Shown piece after piece: positions 9,261-18,150 of a stretch of 64,000 nucleotides of DNA (position 1 is its first letter; each line of letters begins with the position of its first letter). The position numbers and the translations under genes were made by a program. Under the pieces are notes generated by a model. It was not told the DNA's origin and ran no database searches. It saw only the letters and a list, made by a program, of their open reading frames with translations. The DNA is from Caldilineales bacterium (lineage in GTDB: Bacteria; Chloroflexota; Anaerolineae; JAAEKA01): NCBI GenBank assembly GCA_041391245.1, contig JAWKOJ010000020.1, forward strand, positions 33,345-97,344. The letters run 5' to 3'.

Positions 9261-10427
9261 ATGCAAATCGCACCCTTTGAAACTGAGCACTTCTTCGCAC
9301 GCTACGAGTTCACGACCCCGTACCAGCTCTGTAACTCGGACTGCGAGACGCTGACTGTCCACGATCTGATGAAACTGGCCGGTGTTTCGCTGGGCACGCT
9401 TGGCCAACTGTCGCTGGGATATACCGAATCGCTGGGAAATCCGCAGCTGCGACAGATGATCGCGGCGATGTATGACCAGGTCAGAGCCGATGATGTGGTT
9501 GTACTCGCGACTCCGGTTGAAGGCATCTATCTTGCAGCGCGGGCGGCGCTCGATCCTGGCGATGAGGTCATCGTTCTGTCGCCGGCCTACGATGCGCTGT
9601 TGAATCTGTTCGAACACATGGTGGGCGTTGCAAACGTGCGCCGCTGGGAGTTTGTCGCCATCGATACGCAATGGCGCCTGGATATCGAGCGGTTGCGGGC
9701 GTTGATCACTCCCCGCACAAAGATGCTGGTCGTCAATTTCCCGCACAACCCAACCGGCTATCTTCCCAAGGAGCAACAACTGGCTGAACTGGCGACCATT
9801 GCCGACGAAAACAATCTGATTCTTTTCTGCGATGAGATGTATTTCGGTCTGGTTCACTCGGGAACAGCGCCGGTTCCGTCGGCGGCTGATCTTACCAAAC
9901 GAGCAGTCGTCCTGTCAGGCCTGTCCAAAACCTATGGATTGCCTGGACTGCGGACCGGTTGGTTGATCGTGCGCGACAGAGAGCTTCGCCAGGCCATCGT
10001 CAACTGGAAGTTCTACACCAGTATCTGTCCACCGGCGTCCTCTGAGTTCCTGGCAACGGTTGCCCTGACGGTGCGCGACCAACTGCGGGCAAGAAGCGTG
10101 GCCCAGATCGAACGGAACCTGCAACTGGCCGATGCCTTCTTTCACCAGTGGCCCGACCTGTTCACATGGCGCCGTCCCATGGCGGGTTCAGTGGCGCTGG
10201 TAGGCATGAACGTGCCGTCGGTGACGGAGTTTGCCCACCGACTGGCTGAAGAAGCTGGCGTCCTGATACTGCCGGCAGCTTCCATGGGTTCTGATGACCA
10301 ACACATGCGCATGGGTTTCGGTCGTCGCGCGTTCGGCGAGGCCTTGGCGACGTTCGAAGGATACCTATTCAAATTCAGGGAGACACAGGATGAACTCTGG
10401 CAGCACGCCCTCAACGCATCCGCTTGA
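9261..10427 (+). CDS. PLP-dependent aminotransferase (class I/II fold)
   Basis: MQIAPFETEHFFARYEFTTPYQLCNSDCE...LSGLSKTYGLPGLRTGWLIV (Lys in SK motif). Length and motifs fit aminotransferase class I/II. Confidence 0.75.
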   Translation: MQIAPFETEHFFARYEFTTPYQLCNSDCETLTVHDLMKLAGVSLGTLGQLSLGYTESLGNPQLRQMIAAMYDQVRADDVVVLATPVEGIYLAARAALDPGDEVIVLSPAYDALLNLFEHMVGVANVRRWEFVAIDTQWRLDIERLRALITPRTKMLVVNFPHNPTGYLPKEQQLAELATIADENNLILFCDEMYFGLVHSGTAPVPSAADLTKRAVVLSGLSKTYGLPGLRTGWLIVRDRELRQAIVNWKFYTSICPPASSEFLATVALTVRDQLRARSVAQIERNLQLADAFFHQWPDLFTWRRPMAGSVALVGMNVPSVTEFAHRLAEEAGVLILPAASMGSDDQHMRMGFGRRAFGEALATFEGYLFKFRETQDELWQHALNASA

Positions 10428-10759
10428 CATCTTCTTTCGCCACAATCGATGGGCGAATCTGCTGTTGTTCGATACAGCCATCGCTTGCGGTGCCGGCAGC
10501 GAGACCGCTGGCGTCAGCCTGGTGCAAAATCCGCCTTTGACACGAGTAGCCAACTTTGCTACACTATGAATGAGACAGGTCAGTGTTGGTGCCGCGTCGT
10601 TTGAGAATGAGGTACTTCTTATGATACAGCCGGCAGTTACAGCATGAGTTGGCAGGCTGCTGGTCGCTGGCAGGTCTGCTTCTACCACTGAACAAGGCCC
10701 TTGGTATTGACGGCGGTAGGACAAATAGTTATACTTCAGGATCGAAAGGGTATAACACA

Positions 10760-11017
10760 ATGACCAACATCAAGACTGCAATCTCACTCCAGGAATCACT
10801 GTTCGAGCAAGTCGATCGCCTCGCACAGGAAATGGAGGTGTCCCGTAGCCGTTTGTTTGTGCTGGCCATGGAAGACTTCATTCGCCACCATCGCGATCAG
10901 CAGCTGTTCGAGGCAATCAACCAGGCAAGCGCTGAGTTGGCCGACGACCCAGTTGACCACACCCGCCTTCGCCAAATCCGCCGGCAGCACAGGCGCACGG
11001 TGGAGGGCGAATGGTAA
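10760..11017 (+). CDS. type II antitoxin (ribbon-helix-helix/MazE-like)
   Basis: MTNIKTAISLQESLFEQVDRLAQEMEVSRSRLFVLAMEDFIRHH... Small size; overlaps the start of the downstream MazF-family toxin gene. Confidence 0.7.
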   Translation: MTNIKTAISLQESLFEQVDRLAQEMEVSRSRLFVLAMEDFIRHHRDQQLFEAINQASAELADDPVDHTRLRQIRRQHRRTVEGEW

Positions 11018-11493
11018 TCGGCCAGGGAGACGTGTTCTGGATCGAACTTGACGCACCGGAGGGATCCGAACCGGGCTACAGCCATCCGCACGTCATTATC
11101 CAGAACAATATGTTCAACGAGAGCAATCTCAACACGGTCGTCGTTTGTGTCCTGACCTCAAACCTGAAACGCGCGGCAGTGCCTGGCAATGTCCTGCTAG
11201 AGCCGGGCGAAGGCGGTTTGCCAAAGCAGAGTGTGGTGGTTGTTTCGCAGATCTTCACAGTTGACAAACAGCAATTGGAAGAATACATCGGAACCCTGTC
11301 GGGACGTCGTGTCAGGCAGATTCTCGACGGGTTAAGGCTATTGACCGAGCCGCGAAGCGCCCCGTTGAGCAAGAAAAGCGAATCGTGCGACGCCTGGCAA
11401 CCACTTTCCTTCCTTTTCCTCCTTTCCCCGTCTTCCCTCCGAAGACCGGGCCTGAACCAGAAAGCAGACACCCATGAAGCGCATCGACACTGA
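11011..11493 (+). CDS. mazF: MazF/PemK-family endoribonuclease toxin
   Basis: GDVFWIELDAPEGSEPGYSHPHVIIQNNMFNESNLNTVVVCVLTSNLKRAAVPGNVLLEPGEGGLPKQSVVVVSQIFTVDKQQL: classic MazF/PemK core. The C-terminal ~45 aa of the ORF may be read-through; the true stop is uncertain. Confidence 0.75.
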   Translation: MVIGQGDVFWIELDAPEGSEPGYSHPHVIIQNNMFNESNLNTVVVCVLTSNLKRAAVPGNVLLEPGEGGLPKQSVVVVSQIFTVDKQQLEEYIGTLSGRRVRQILDGLRLLTEPRSAPLSKKSESCDAWQPLSFLFLLSPSSLRRPGLNQKADTHEAHRH

Positions 11494-13228
11494 AATCCTG
11501 GTCATCGGCGGCGGCGCTACCGGCACCGGGGTCGCGTGGGACGCAGCGCTGCGGGGCTATCGGGTCGTGCTGGTCGAGAAGCGCGACCTGACCCACGGCA
11601 CCACGGGCCGTTACCACGGCTTGCTGCACAGCGGCGGCCGTTACGTGGTCAAGGACCCTGTCAGCGCCACCGAGTGCATCCACGAGAACCGCATTCTGCG
11701 CAAGACCCACACCCACTGCATCGAGGACACCGGCGGATTCTTCGTCGTCACGCCCGAGGACGAAGGCGACTACCCCGATAAGTTTGTCGAGGGCTGCGCC
11801 GCGACCGGCGTGCCCTGCAACGAAATATCCCTGAAGGAAGCTTTGCGCAAGGAGCCGCTGCTCAACCCGCGCATCAGCCGCGTCTTCGAGGTGCCCGACG
11901 GCAGCGCCGACAGCTTCCTTGCCACCCACGCCACCGCCCAGGCGGCCCGCATGGCCGGCGCACAGCTTCTCAACTACCACGAGGTGGTGGATCTGATCAT
12001 CGAGGGCGGCGACGGCGAGAAACGGGTAGCTGGCGCACACGTCCGCGATGTGGCGCGCGGCGAGGACGTGGAGATCCGCGCGCAGATGACCATCAGCGCC
12101 ACCGGTGCCTGGGCCAACGTGGTGGCGCACATGGCGGGCATTTCCATCAGCGTCATCCCCGGCAAGGGAACCATGGTCGCCATGAACCACCGGGTGTTGA
12201 ACACGGTGGTCAACCGCTGCAAGATGCCGGCCGACGGCGACATCATCGTCCCCGTACACACCGTGGCGGTCATCGGCACCACCGACGAGCGGGTGGCTGA
12301 CCCGGAGAACCTGCGCATCGAGCCGTGGGAGGTGCAGCTGATGCTGGACGAGGGCGAGAAGCTGGTGCCCGGCATCAGCAAAGCGCGCGTAGTGCGCGCC
12401 TGGGCTGGCGTTCGACCGCTCTACCAGGAGGACTACGCCGGGGCCAGCCGCGACGCAACGCGCAAGTTTGCCTTGCTGGACCATAAGGAACGCCACGACA
12501 TCGCCGGCTTCATCACCATCACCGGCGGCAAGTGGACCACCTTCCGCCTGATGGCCGAGAAGACGGTCGATCTGGCCACGAGCTATCTGGGCGAGCGCAA
12601 GCCGTGCATCACCGCCAGCACGTCGGTGCCGGGCGCCGATCAGGGCCCGTACTGGCTCGGCCACCGGCTGCACGAGATCGAAGAGAAGCACATGCAGGGC
12701 CAACTGGTCTGCGAGTGCGAGCTGGTGACACGGGCGATGCTGGAGAACGCCGTGCGCCAGAACCCCACGATTACCCTGGACGACCTGCGGCGCGATGTGC
12801 GCCTGGGCATGGGGCCGTGCCAGGGCGGCTGGTGTACCTACCGCGCCGTCGGCATCGTCCACGAGATGACAGCGCGCGACCCCGACACGGCAACCGGTGA
12901 CGGCGTGGCAAGCTGGGACGTGGCCTACATACAGTCGCCGGCGCGCAGCGTTGCCGACGGCGCCGCGGCCGGCGGACCGGCCATTCCGGCCGACGAGCGC
13001 GAGCTGTTCAACCCCAACCTGCTGCTGCGGGACTTCCTGCAGGAACGCTGGAAGGGGGTGACGCCGATCCTGTGGGGCCAACAGCTCAAACAGGAGCGGC
13101 TGGACGAACTCATCTACCTGAGTGTGATGAACGCCGACCACCTGCCCGACCGCGAGCTTAGCAGCCCGGTCACCGACTTCTACCACTTCGACACCACGCC
13201 CAACGACAACCTGGAGGTGCCGGAATGA
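11474..13228 (+). CDS. glpA: anaerobic glycerol-3-phosphate dehydrogenase subunit A
   Basis: FAD fold ILVIGGGATGTGVAWDAALRG; C-terminal BFD-like [2Fe-2S] domain CECELVT...GMGPCQGGWC. Confidence 0.92.
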   Translation: MKRIDTEILVIGGGATGTGVAWDAALRGYRVVLVEKRDLTHGTTGRYHGLLHSGGRYVVKDPVSATECIHENRILRKTHTHCIEDTGGFFVVTPEDEGDYPDKFVEGCAATGVPCNEISLKEALRKEPLLNPRISRVFEVPDGSADSFLATHATAQAARMAGAQLLNYHEVVDLIIEGGDGEKRVAGAHVRDVARGEDVEIRAQMTISATGAWANVVAHMAGISISVIPGKGTMVAMNHRVLNTVVNRCKMPADGDIIVPVHTVAVIGTTDERVADPENLRIEPWEVQLMLDEGEKLVPGISKARVVRAWAGVRPLYQEDYAGASRDATRKFALLDHKERHDIAGFITITGGKWTTFRLMAEKTVDLATSYLGERKPCITASTSVPGADQGPYWLGHRLHEIEEKHMQGQLVCECELVTRAMLENAVRQNPTITLDDLRRDVRLGMGPCQGGWCTYRAVGIVHEMTARDPDTATGDGVASWDVAYIQSPARSVADGAAAGGPAIPADERELFNPNLLLRDFLQERWKGVTPILWGQQLKQERLDELIYLSVMNADHLPDRELSSPVTDFYHFDTTPNDNLEVPE

Positions 13229-14529
13229 CAGCCAATCCCTCTCTCGATCTGCTGGTCATCGGCGCCGGCTGGAGCGGGCTGATGGCGGCGCACACCGCGG
13301 CCAGGGCCGGCCGCTCGGTCAAGGTGATCGCCAAGGGGCTGGGAGCGATGCACTGGGCGACCGGCTGCATCGACCTGTTCGGCTATGCACCGGACGCGCC
13401 TGAGACGGCCATCAAGCGGCCGCTCGATTTCATCACCGGCAAGCTGGCCAAGGATCAGCCGCAGCACCCCTACGCCCTGCTGGGCAGGGAGCGGCTGGTC
13501 GCGGCGCTGGACAGCTTCATCGGGTTGGCCAACGAGCTGGGGCTATCCTACGGCGGCGCGGCCCAGTCGGGCGAAAACCTGTTGCTGCCGACGGCTGTCG
13601 GCGCGGCGCGCCCGACCTATCTCGCGCCCCAGGCCCAGTTGGGCGGCGACCTGGCGCGCAGCGAGCCGATGGTGATCGTCGGGTTCGAGGGGCTGCGTGA
13701 CTTCTACCCGCAGTTGATCGCCGAGAATCTGGCCAAGCAGGGCTTGACAGCACGGGCGGCGTTCCTGCCCTTCGACGTGCTGACCGACCGCAAGGACAGC
13801 AACACGGTGCAGCAGGCGCACGGCATGGACGAGCCGGCCCGCCGCAGCCGGCTGATCAGCGAGCTAAAAAAGCTGGTCAAGCCGGGCGAGCGTATCGGCC
13901 TGCCGCCGATTCTGGGGCTCGACGACCACGCAGCGGTGCTTTTCGACATGCAGTCGCAGACCGGCGCCACCGTCTTCGAGATACCGACCTTGCCGCCCAG
14001 CGTGCCGGGAATGCGGCTCTTCAAGGCCTGGCGCAGCAAGCTAAACGCCTTGGGCGTGCGCGTCGACTCGAACATGGAGGTCATCAGCGCCGCCAGCGAG
14101 CCTTCGGGCAACGGTGCGGGCAGCAAGATTCGCTGGGTCGAGAGCGCGACCAGCTCGCGGCCGCTGAAGCACCGGGCCGGCGGGTTCGTGCTGGCCACCG
14201 GCGGCATCATGGGCGGCGGGTTCAACAGCGACCACACCGGCCAGGTCTGGGAGACCGTCTTCGATCTGCCGCTGACAACGCCGCAGGCGCGCAGCCAGTG
14301 GTTCAACCCCTCGTTCATCAACCCGGCCGGCCATCCTGTGTTCAGCGGCGGCGTCGCGGTCAACGAGGCGATGCAGCCGGTGGACGAAGAGGGCGCCCCG
14401 ATCTACGGCAACCTGTGGGCGGCCGACGACCTGCTGGCGCACGACAATCCAATCCTGCAGCGCAGCATGGAAGGCGCTGCTATCGCAACCAGGTTCGCAG
14501 CCGGGCAGGCTGCGGCAGCGGCAAGCTAG
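13225..14529 (+). CDS. glpB: anaerobic glycerol-3-phosphate dehydrogenase subunit B
   Basis: DLLVIGAGWSGLMAAHTAARAGRSVKVIAKG... Start overlaps glpA stop (ATGA). Confidence 0.88.
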   Translation: MTANPSLDLLVIGAGWSGLMAAHTAARAGRSVKVIAKGLGAMHWATGCIDLFGYAPDAPETAIKRPLDFITGKLAKDQPQHPYALLGRERLVAALDSFIGLANELGLSYGGAAQSGENLLLPTAVGAARPTYLAPQAQLGGDLARSEPMVIVGFEGLRDFYPQLIAENLAKQGLTARAAFLPFDVLTDRKDSNTVQQAHGMDEPARRSRLISELKKLVKPGERIGLPPILGLDDHAAVLFDMQSQTGATVFEIPTLPPSVPGMRLFKAWRSKLNALGVRVDSNMEVISAASEPSGNGAGSKIRWVESATSSRPLKHRAGGFVLATGGIMGGGFNSDHTGQVWETVFDLPLTTPQARSQWFNPSFINPAGHPVFSGGVAVNEAMQPVDEEGAPIYGNLWAADDLLAHDNPILQRSMEGAAIATRFAAGQAAAAAS

Positions 14530-14540
14530 AGGAGCAACCT

Positions 14541-15681
14541 ATGCACACCGACTCATGGCAATCTGTTGGTCCGACCCTGGACGAGTGCATCAAGTGCAAC
14601 ATCTGTGCCAGCTACTGCCCGGTGGCGGAGGTGACCGACCTGTTCCCCGGACCGAAGTACGTTGGACCGCAGGCGCAGCGCTTCCGCGAGAACGGCCAAC
14701 CGCGCACCCCCGACCACTCGGTGGACTACTGCTCCGGTTGCCGCGTCTGCAACGAGGTCTGTCCGACCGGCGTGCGCATCACCGAGATCAACACCCGGGC
14801 ACGCGCCCAGTTGGCCGCTGAGAACGGCATCCCGCTGCGCAACCGGATGCTCGGCCGCAACGACGTGCTGGCCAAGCTGGGGAGCATCGTCCCGGGGCTG
14901 GCCAACTTCGGCCTGCACAATGGGCTGAGCGCGCCCTGGCCGACTCGGTCATGGGCATCTCCAAGGGCGCGCAGCTGCCCCGCTGGAGCCGACGACACCT
15001 TCGCCAAGTGGATGAAGAAGAGCGCTGCCCGGCGGCTGCAGTCCGACAAGAAGGTGGTCTTCTACCACGGCTGCTCGACCCAATGCACGAGCCGTTCGTC
15101 AGCAAGGCGGCGGTGGCGGTCTTCGAGCACCACGGCTACGAGGTGGTGGTGCCGGAGCAGGGCTGCTGCGGGCTGCCGCTGCTGAACAACGCCGAGTTCC
15201 CGGCGGCCGCGAAGTATCACCAGCGCAACCTCGACTGGCTGGTGCCATACGCCCGCCAGGGCTACGCCATCGTCGGCACCAGCACCAGTTGCACGCTGAC
15301 GCTGAAGGAGGAGGCGCCGGAGATGCTGGACATGCACAGCCCGGAGGCCCACGACCTGACCATGGCCGTCTGGGACATGTTCGAATGGCTGATGGAGCTG
15401 CGCGACTCCGATCAGCTCAAGACCGATTTCCGTCCGCTGCCCATGGTGCTGCCCTACCACGCGCCCTGCCAGTACCGCGCTCACCGCATCGGCTCGCCCG
15501 CGCTGGAGATCATGCGCTTGATACCGGAGCTGGACATCCGCGAGCCATGCCCGCTGCTGCGGCGGCCGGCACCTACGTCTACAAGAAGGAGAAGTACCAG
15601 ATCGCGATGGACGTCGGTCAGGAGCTGTTCGACTTCGTCAAGGCGCAGGGTGCCGATGTCAATGACGTCGTGCAACTCTGA
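14541..15681 (+). pseudogene. glpC: anaerobic glycerol-3-phosphate dehydrogenase subunit C, reading frame broken by at least 4 frameshifts (sequencing indels or true pseudogene)
   Basis: N-terminus MHTDSWQSV...CIKCNICASYCP...CSGCRVCNEVCP (two 4Fe-4S motifs) in frame 0. The recognisable GlpC-like sequence then alternates between frames near 14940, 15000, 15085 and 15558 (LSAP | LADSVMGISKGAQLPRWSRR | TFAKWMKKSAARRLQSDKKVVFYHGC | PFVSKAAVAVFEHHGYEV...EPCPL | AAAGTYVYKKEKYQIAMDVGQELF). Confidence 0.75.
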
Positions 15682-15792
15682 GACGTGTCGCTGGCACATC
15701 GAGACCGGCACCGACCTCCCCTGCCGCCATCCCATCGAGATCCGCCGCGGCCTATGGGCTGTACGACCTGGACAAGCGGGATTTAGTAGCAC

Positions 15793-15975
15793 CGTAACAC
15801 AATTTTCAAATTGTGTCTGGCGTTGGCAAGAGAGCGGCAAGACAATTTGGAAAATCGTCCTGCGCGAGCTGCCTGCCGCCGCTGGTCGTAACACAATTTT
15901 CCAAATTGTGACTGGCGTCGACAAGAGAGCGGCATGACGATTTGGAAAATCGTCCTACGCATCCTGCTGGCCGCA
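15793..15975. repeat. tandem direct repeat (2 x ~94 bp, ~88% identity), each unit carrying AT-rich palindromic sites
   Basis: Unit 1 runs 15793-15886, unit 2 runs 15887-~15975. Each has ACACAATTTTCAAATTGTGT (perfect inverted repeat) and ACAATTTGGAAAATCG (its half-site in opposite orientation). Lies between the glpC stop and the fbp start. Confidence 0.8.
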
Positions 15976-16014
15976 ACGCTCACGCTGCGGCCTTCGTTTC
16001 CGAGGAGATAGCCG

Positions 16015-17962
16015 GTGGAGAACGACAACAACAACCTGCGCTACCTGGAACTGCTGGCGGCGGTATCCGACCATCCGGCGGCATCGACCGAGATCATCAA
16101 CCTGAGCGCCATCCTCAACCTGCCCAAGGGGACGGAGCACTTCCTGTCCGACATCACGGCGAGTACGAGGCGTTCCTGCACGTGCTGAAAAACGGATCAG
16201 GATCGCTGCGCCGCCGCATTGAGGAACTGTTCCGCGACAGCACGCTCGACACGGAACGGCGCATCCTGTGCTGCTGATCTACTACCCGGACGAGATGCTG
16301 TCATGGCTGCCTGCTTTGTTCGCCCCGAGGATGTGGACGACTGGTACCGCGTCACGCTGTTCCGCCTGACGCGGGTGTGCAAGTCGGTGTCGTCCAAGTA
16401 TACCCGCTCCAAGGTGCGCAAGGCGCTGCCGCCGGCCTTCGCCTACATCATCGAGGAGCTGCTGCACGAGAACGAGGCGTCGGAGAACAAGCACGAGTAC
16501 TACCTCAGCATCATCGACACCATCATCTCCACCAGGCGCGCGCCGGCCTTCATCGCTGCCATGGCCGAGCTGATCCAGCGCATGAACATCGACCACCTGC
16601 ACATCATCGGAGACGTGTACGACCGCGGACCAGGTGCGCACATCATCATGGATGCGCTGCTGGACTACCACTTCGCTGGACTTTCAGTGGGGCACCACGA
16701 CATCCTGTGGATGAAACGGCGGCCGGCAGCGACGCCACCATCGCCAACGTGATCCGCATCTGCCTGCGCTATTCAACATGGAAACCTGGAAGGCGGCTAC
16801 GGCATCCGCATGCTGCCGCTGGCGACCTTGCCATGAACGTCTGCGGATGATCCATGCCGCCAGTTCCGTCCCAAGCCGGGCGACGAAGTACACCGAGAAC
16901 GAGCAACTGTTGATGCGCATGCAGAAGGCCATCAGCATCATCCAGTTGAAGCTGGAAGCGCAGGTGATCCGACGTCATCGGGTTCAGAGATGGACGACCG
17001 GCTGCTGCTGGACAAGATCGACTACGCCCGCGGCGTGATCACGCTGGACGGGCAGGAATACGCGCTCAACGACACCAACTTCCCGACGGTCGATCCGAAC
17101 GATCCGTACCGGCTGACCGAAGAGGAGCAGGGGGTGGTAGACCGCCTGCGGCTGTCGTTTCCTGGAGAACGATGGCCTGCAGCAGCACAGTGGCGTTGCT
17201 GTTTCGCCGCGGCAGCATGTACCTGCGCTTCAACGGCAACCTGCTCTACCACGGCTGCATTCCCATGGACGGCGCTGGCGCGTTCCAGACGGTGACGCTG
17301 GACGGGCAGCCGGTGGCCGGCAAGGCGTACCTCGACCAGATCGATCGCCTGGTGCGGCAGGGCTACGTGTCACGTGCCCCTGAGCAGCGCGGTTCGGGCA
17401 GGACATGATGTGGTACCAATGGACCGGTCCCAAGTCGCCGCTTTTCGGCAAGCAGAAGATGGCGACGTTCGAGCGCTATTTCATCGACGACAAGGCCACC
17501 CATGCCGAGGGGCGCAACGCATACTACACCTTCCGCGACCAGGAGGAGACGGTCAGGCGCATCCTGGTAGAGTTCGACATGGACCCCGACACGTCGCACA
17601 TCGTCAACGGCCATGTACCCGTCAAGGTGCGCCGCGGCGAAAGCCCGGTCAAGGCCGGCGGCAGGCTGCTGGTGATCGACGGCGGCTTTGCGCGCGCCTA
17701 TCAAAACGAAACCGGCATCGCCGGCTACACGCTGATCTTCAACTCCTACGGCCTGCTGCTGGCCGCGCACGAGCCGTTCCAGTCGGTACAGAGCCTGATC
17801 GACAGCGGCACAGACATGCAGAGCAAGACGCAGATCCTGCAGGCCAACACCCGTCGCATCCGCGTGCGCGACACCGACCTGGGCCGCAACATTCAGGGTC
17901 AGATCGACGACCTGCAAGGGCTGCTGGCTGCCTACCGCGCCGGTCTCATCAAGGAGCGGTAG
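16015..17962 (+). pseudogene. fbp: fructose-1,6-bisphosphatase class III (Fbp/YydE-type), fragmented by at least 5 frameshifts
   Basis: GTG start after GAGGAG RBS: [16 protein letters not shown]...[30 protein letters not shown]; later [11 protein letters not shown] (metallophosphoesterase motif), ...[10 protein letters not shown]..., ...HIVNGHVPVKV...LLVIDGGFARAYQNETGIAGYTLIFNSYGL, spread over ORFs 15942..16277, 16219..16752, 16990..17295, 17172..17408, 17405..17962 in different frames. Confidence 0.7.
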
Positions 17963-18150
17963 GTCGTGCCCTCCGATGTAGTGCTGATCGGTCCCAGCGA
18001 GGCCGGAAAAACCACTCTGGCAAGGCTGCCCATTTCGTTCGCCACCCGTCCAACTATCTCCTCGCAAAGCACATTGTCTACACCGAGGGCAAGACGCCGC
18101 GGCAGACCGCCGATGAAATCATGGAGCGTCTCGACGGTCTGCCGCCGGTG

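Noticed and set aside
11312-13186. 624-aa ORF on - strand covering glpA
   Set aside because: Antisense shadow of glpA in high-GC DNA; low-complexity R/A/G/V-rich, no motifs.
15793-15975. Possible CRISPR array
   Set aside because: Only two ~94-bp units with no short spacer/repeat periodicity and no cas genes; it is a tandem duplication of an operator-bearing segment, not CRISPR.
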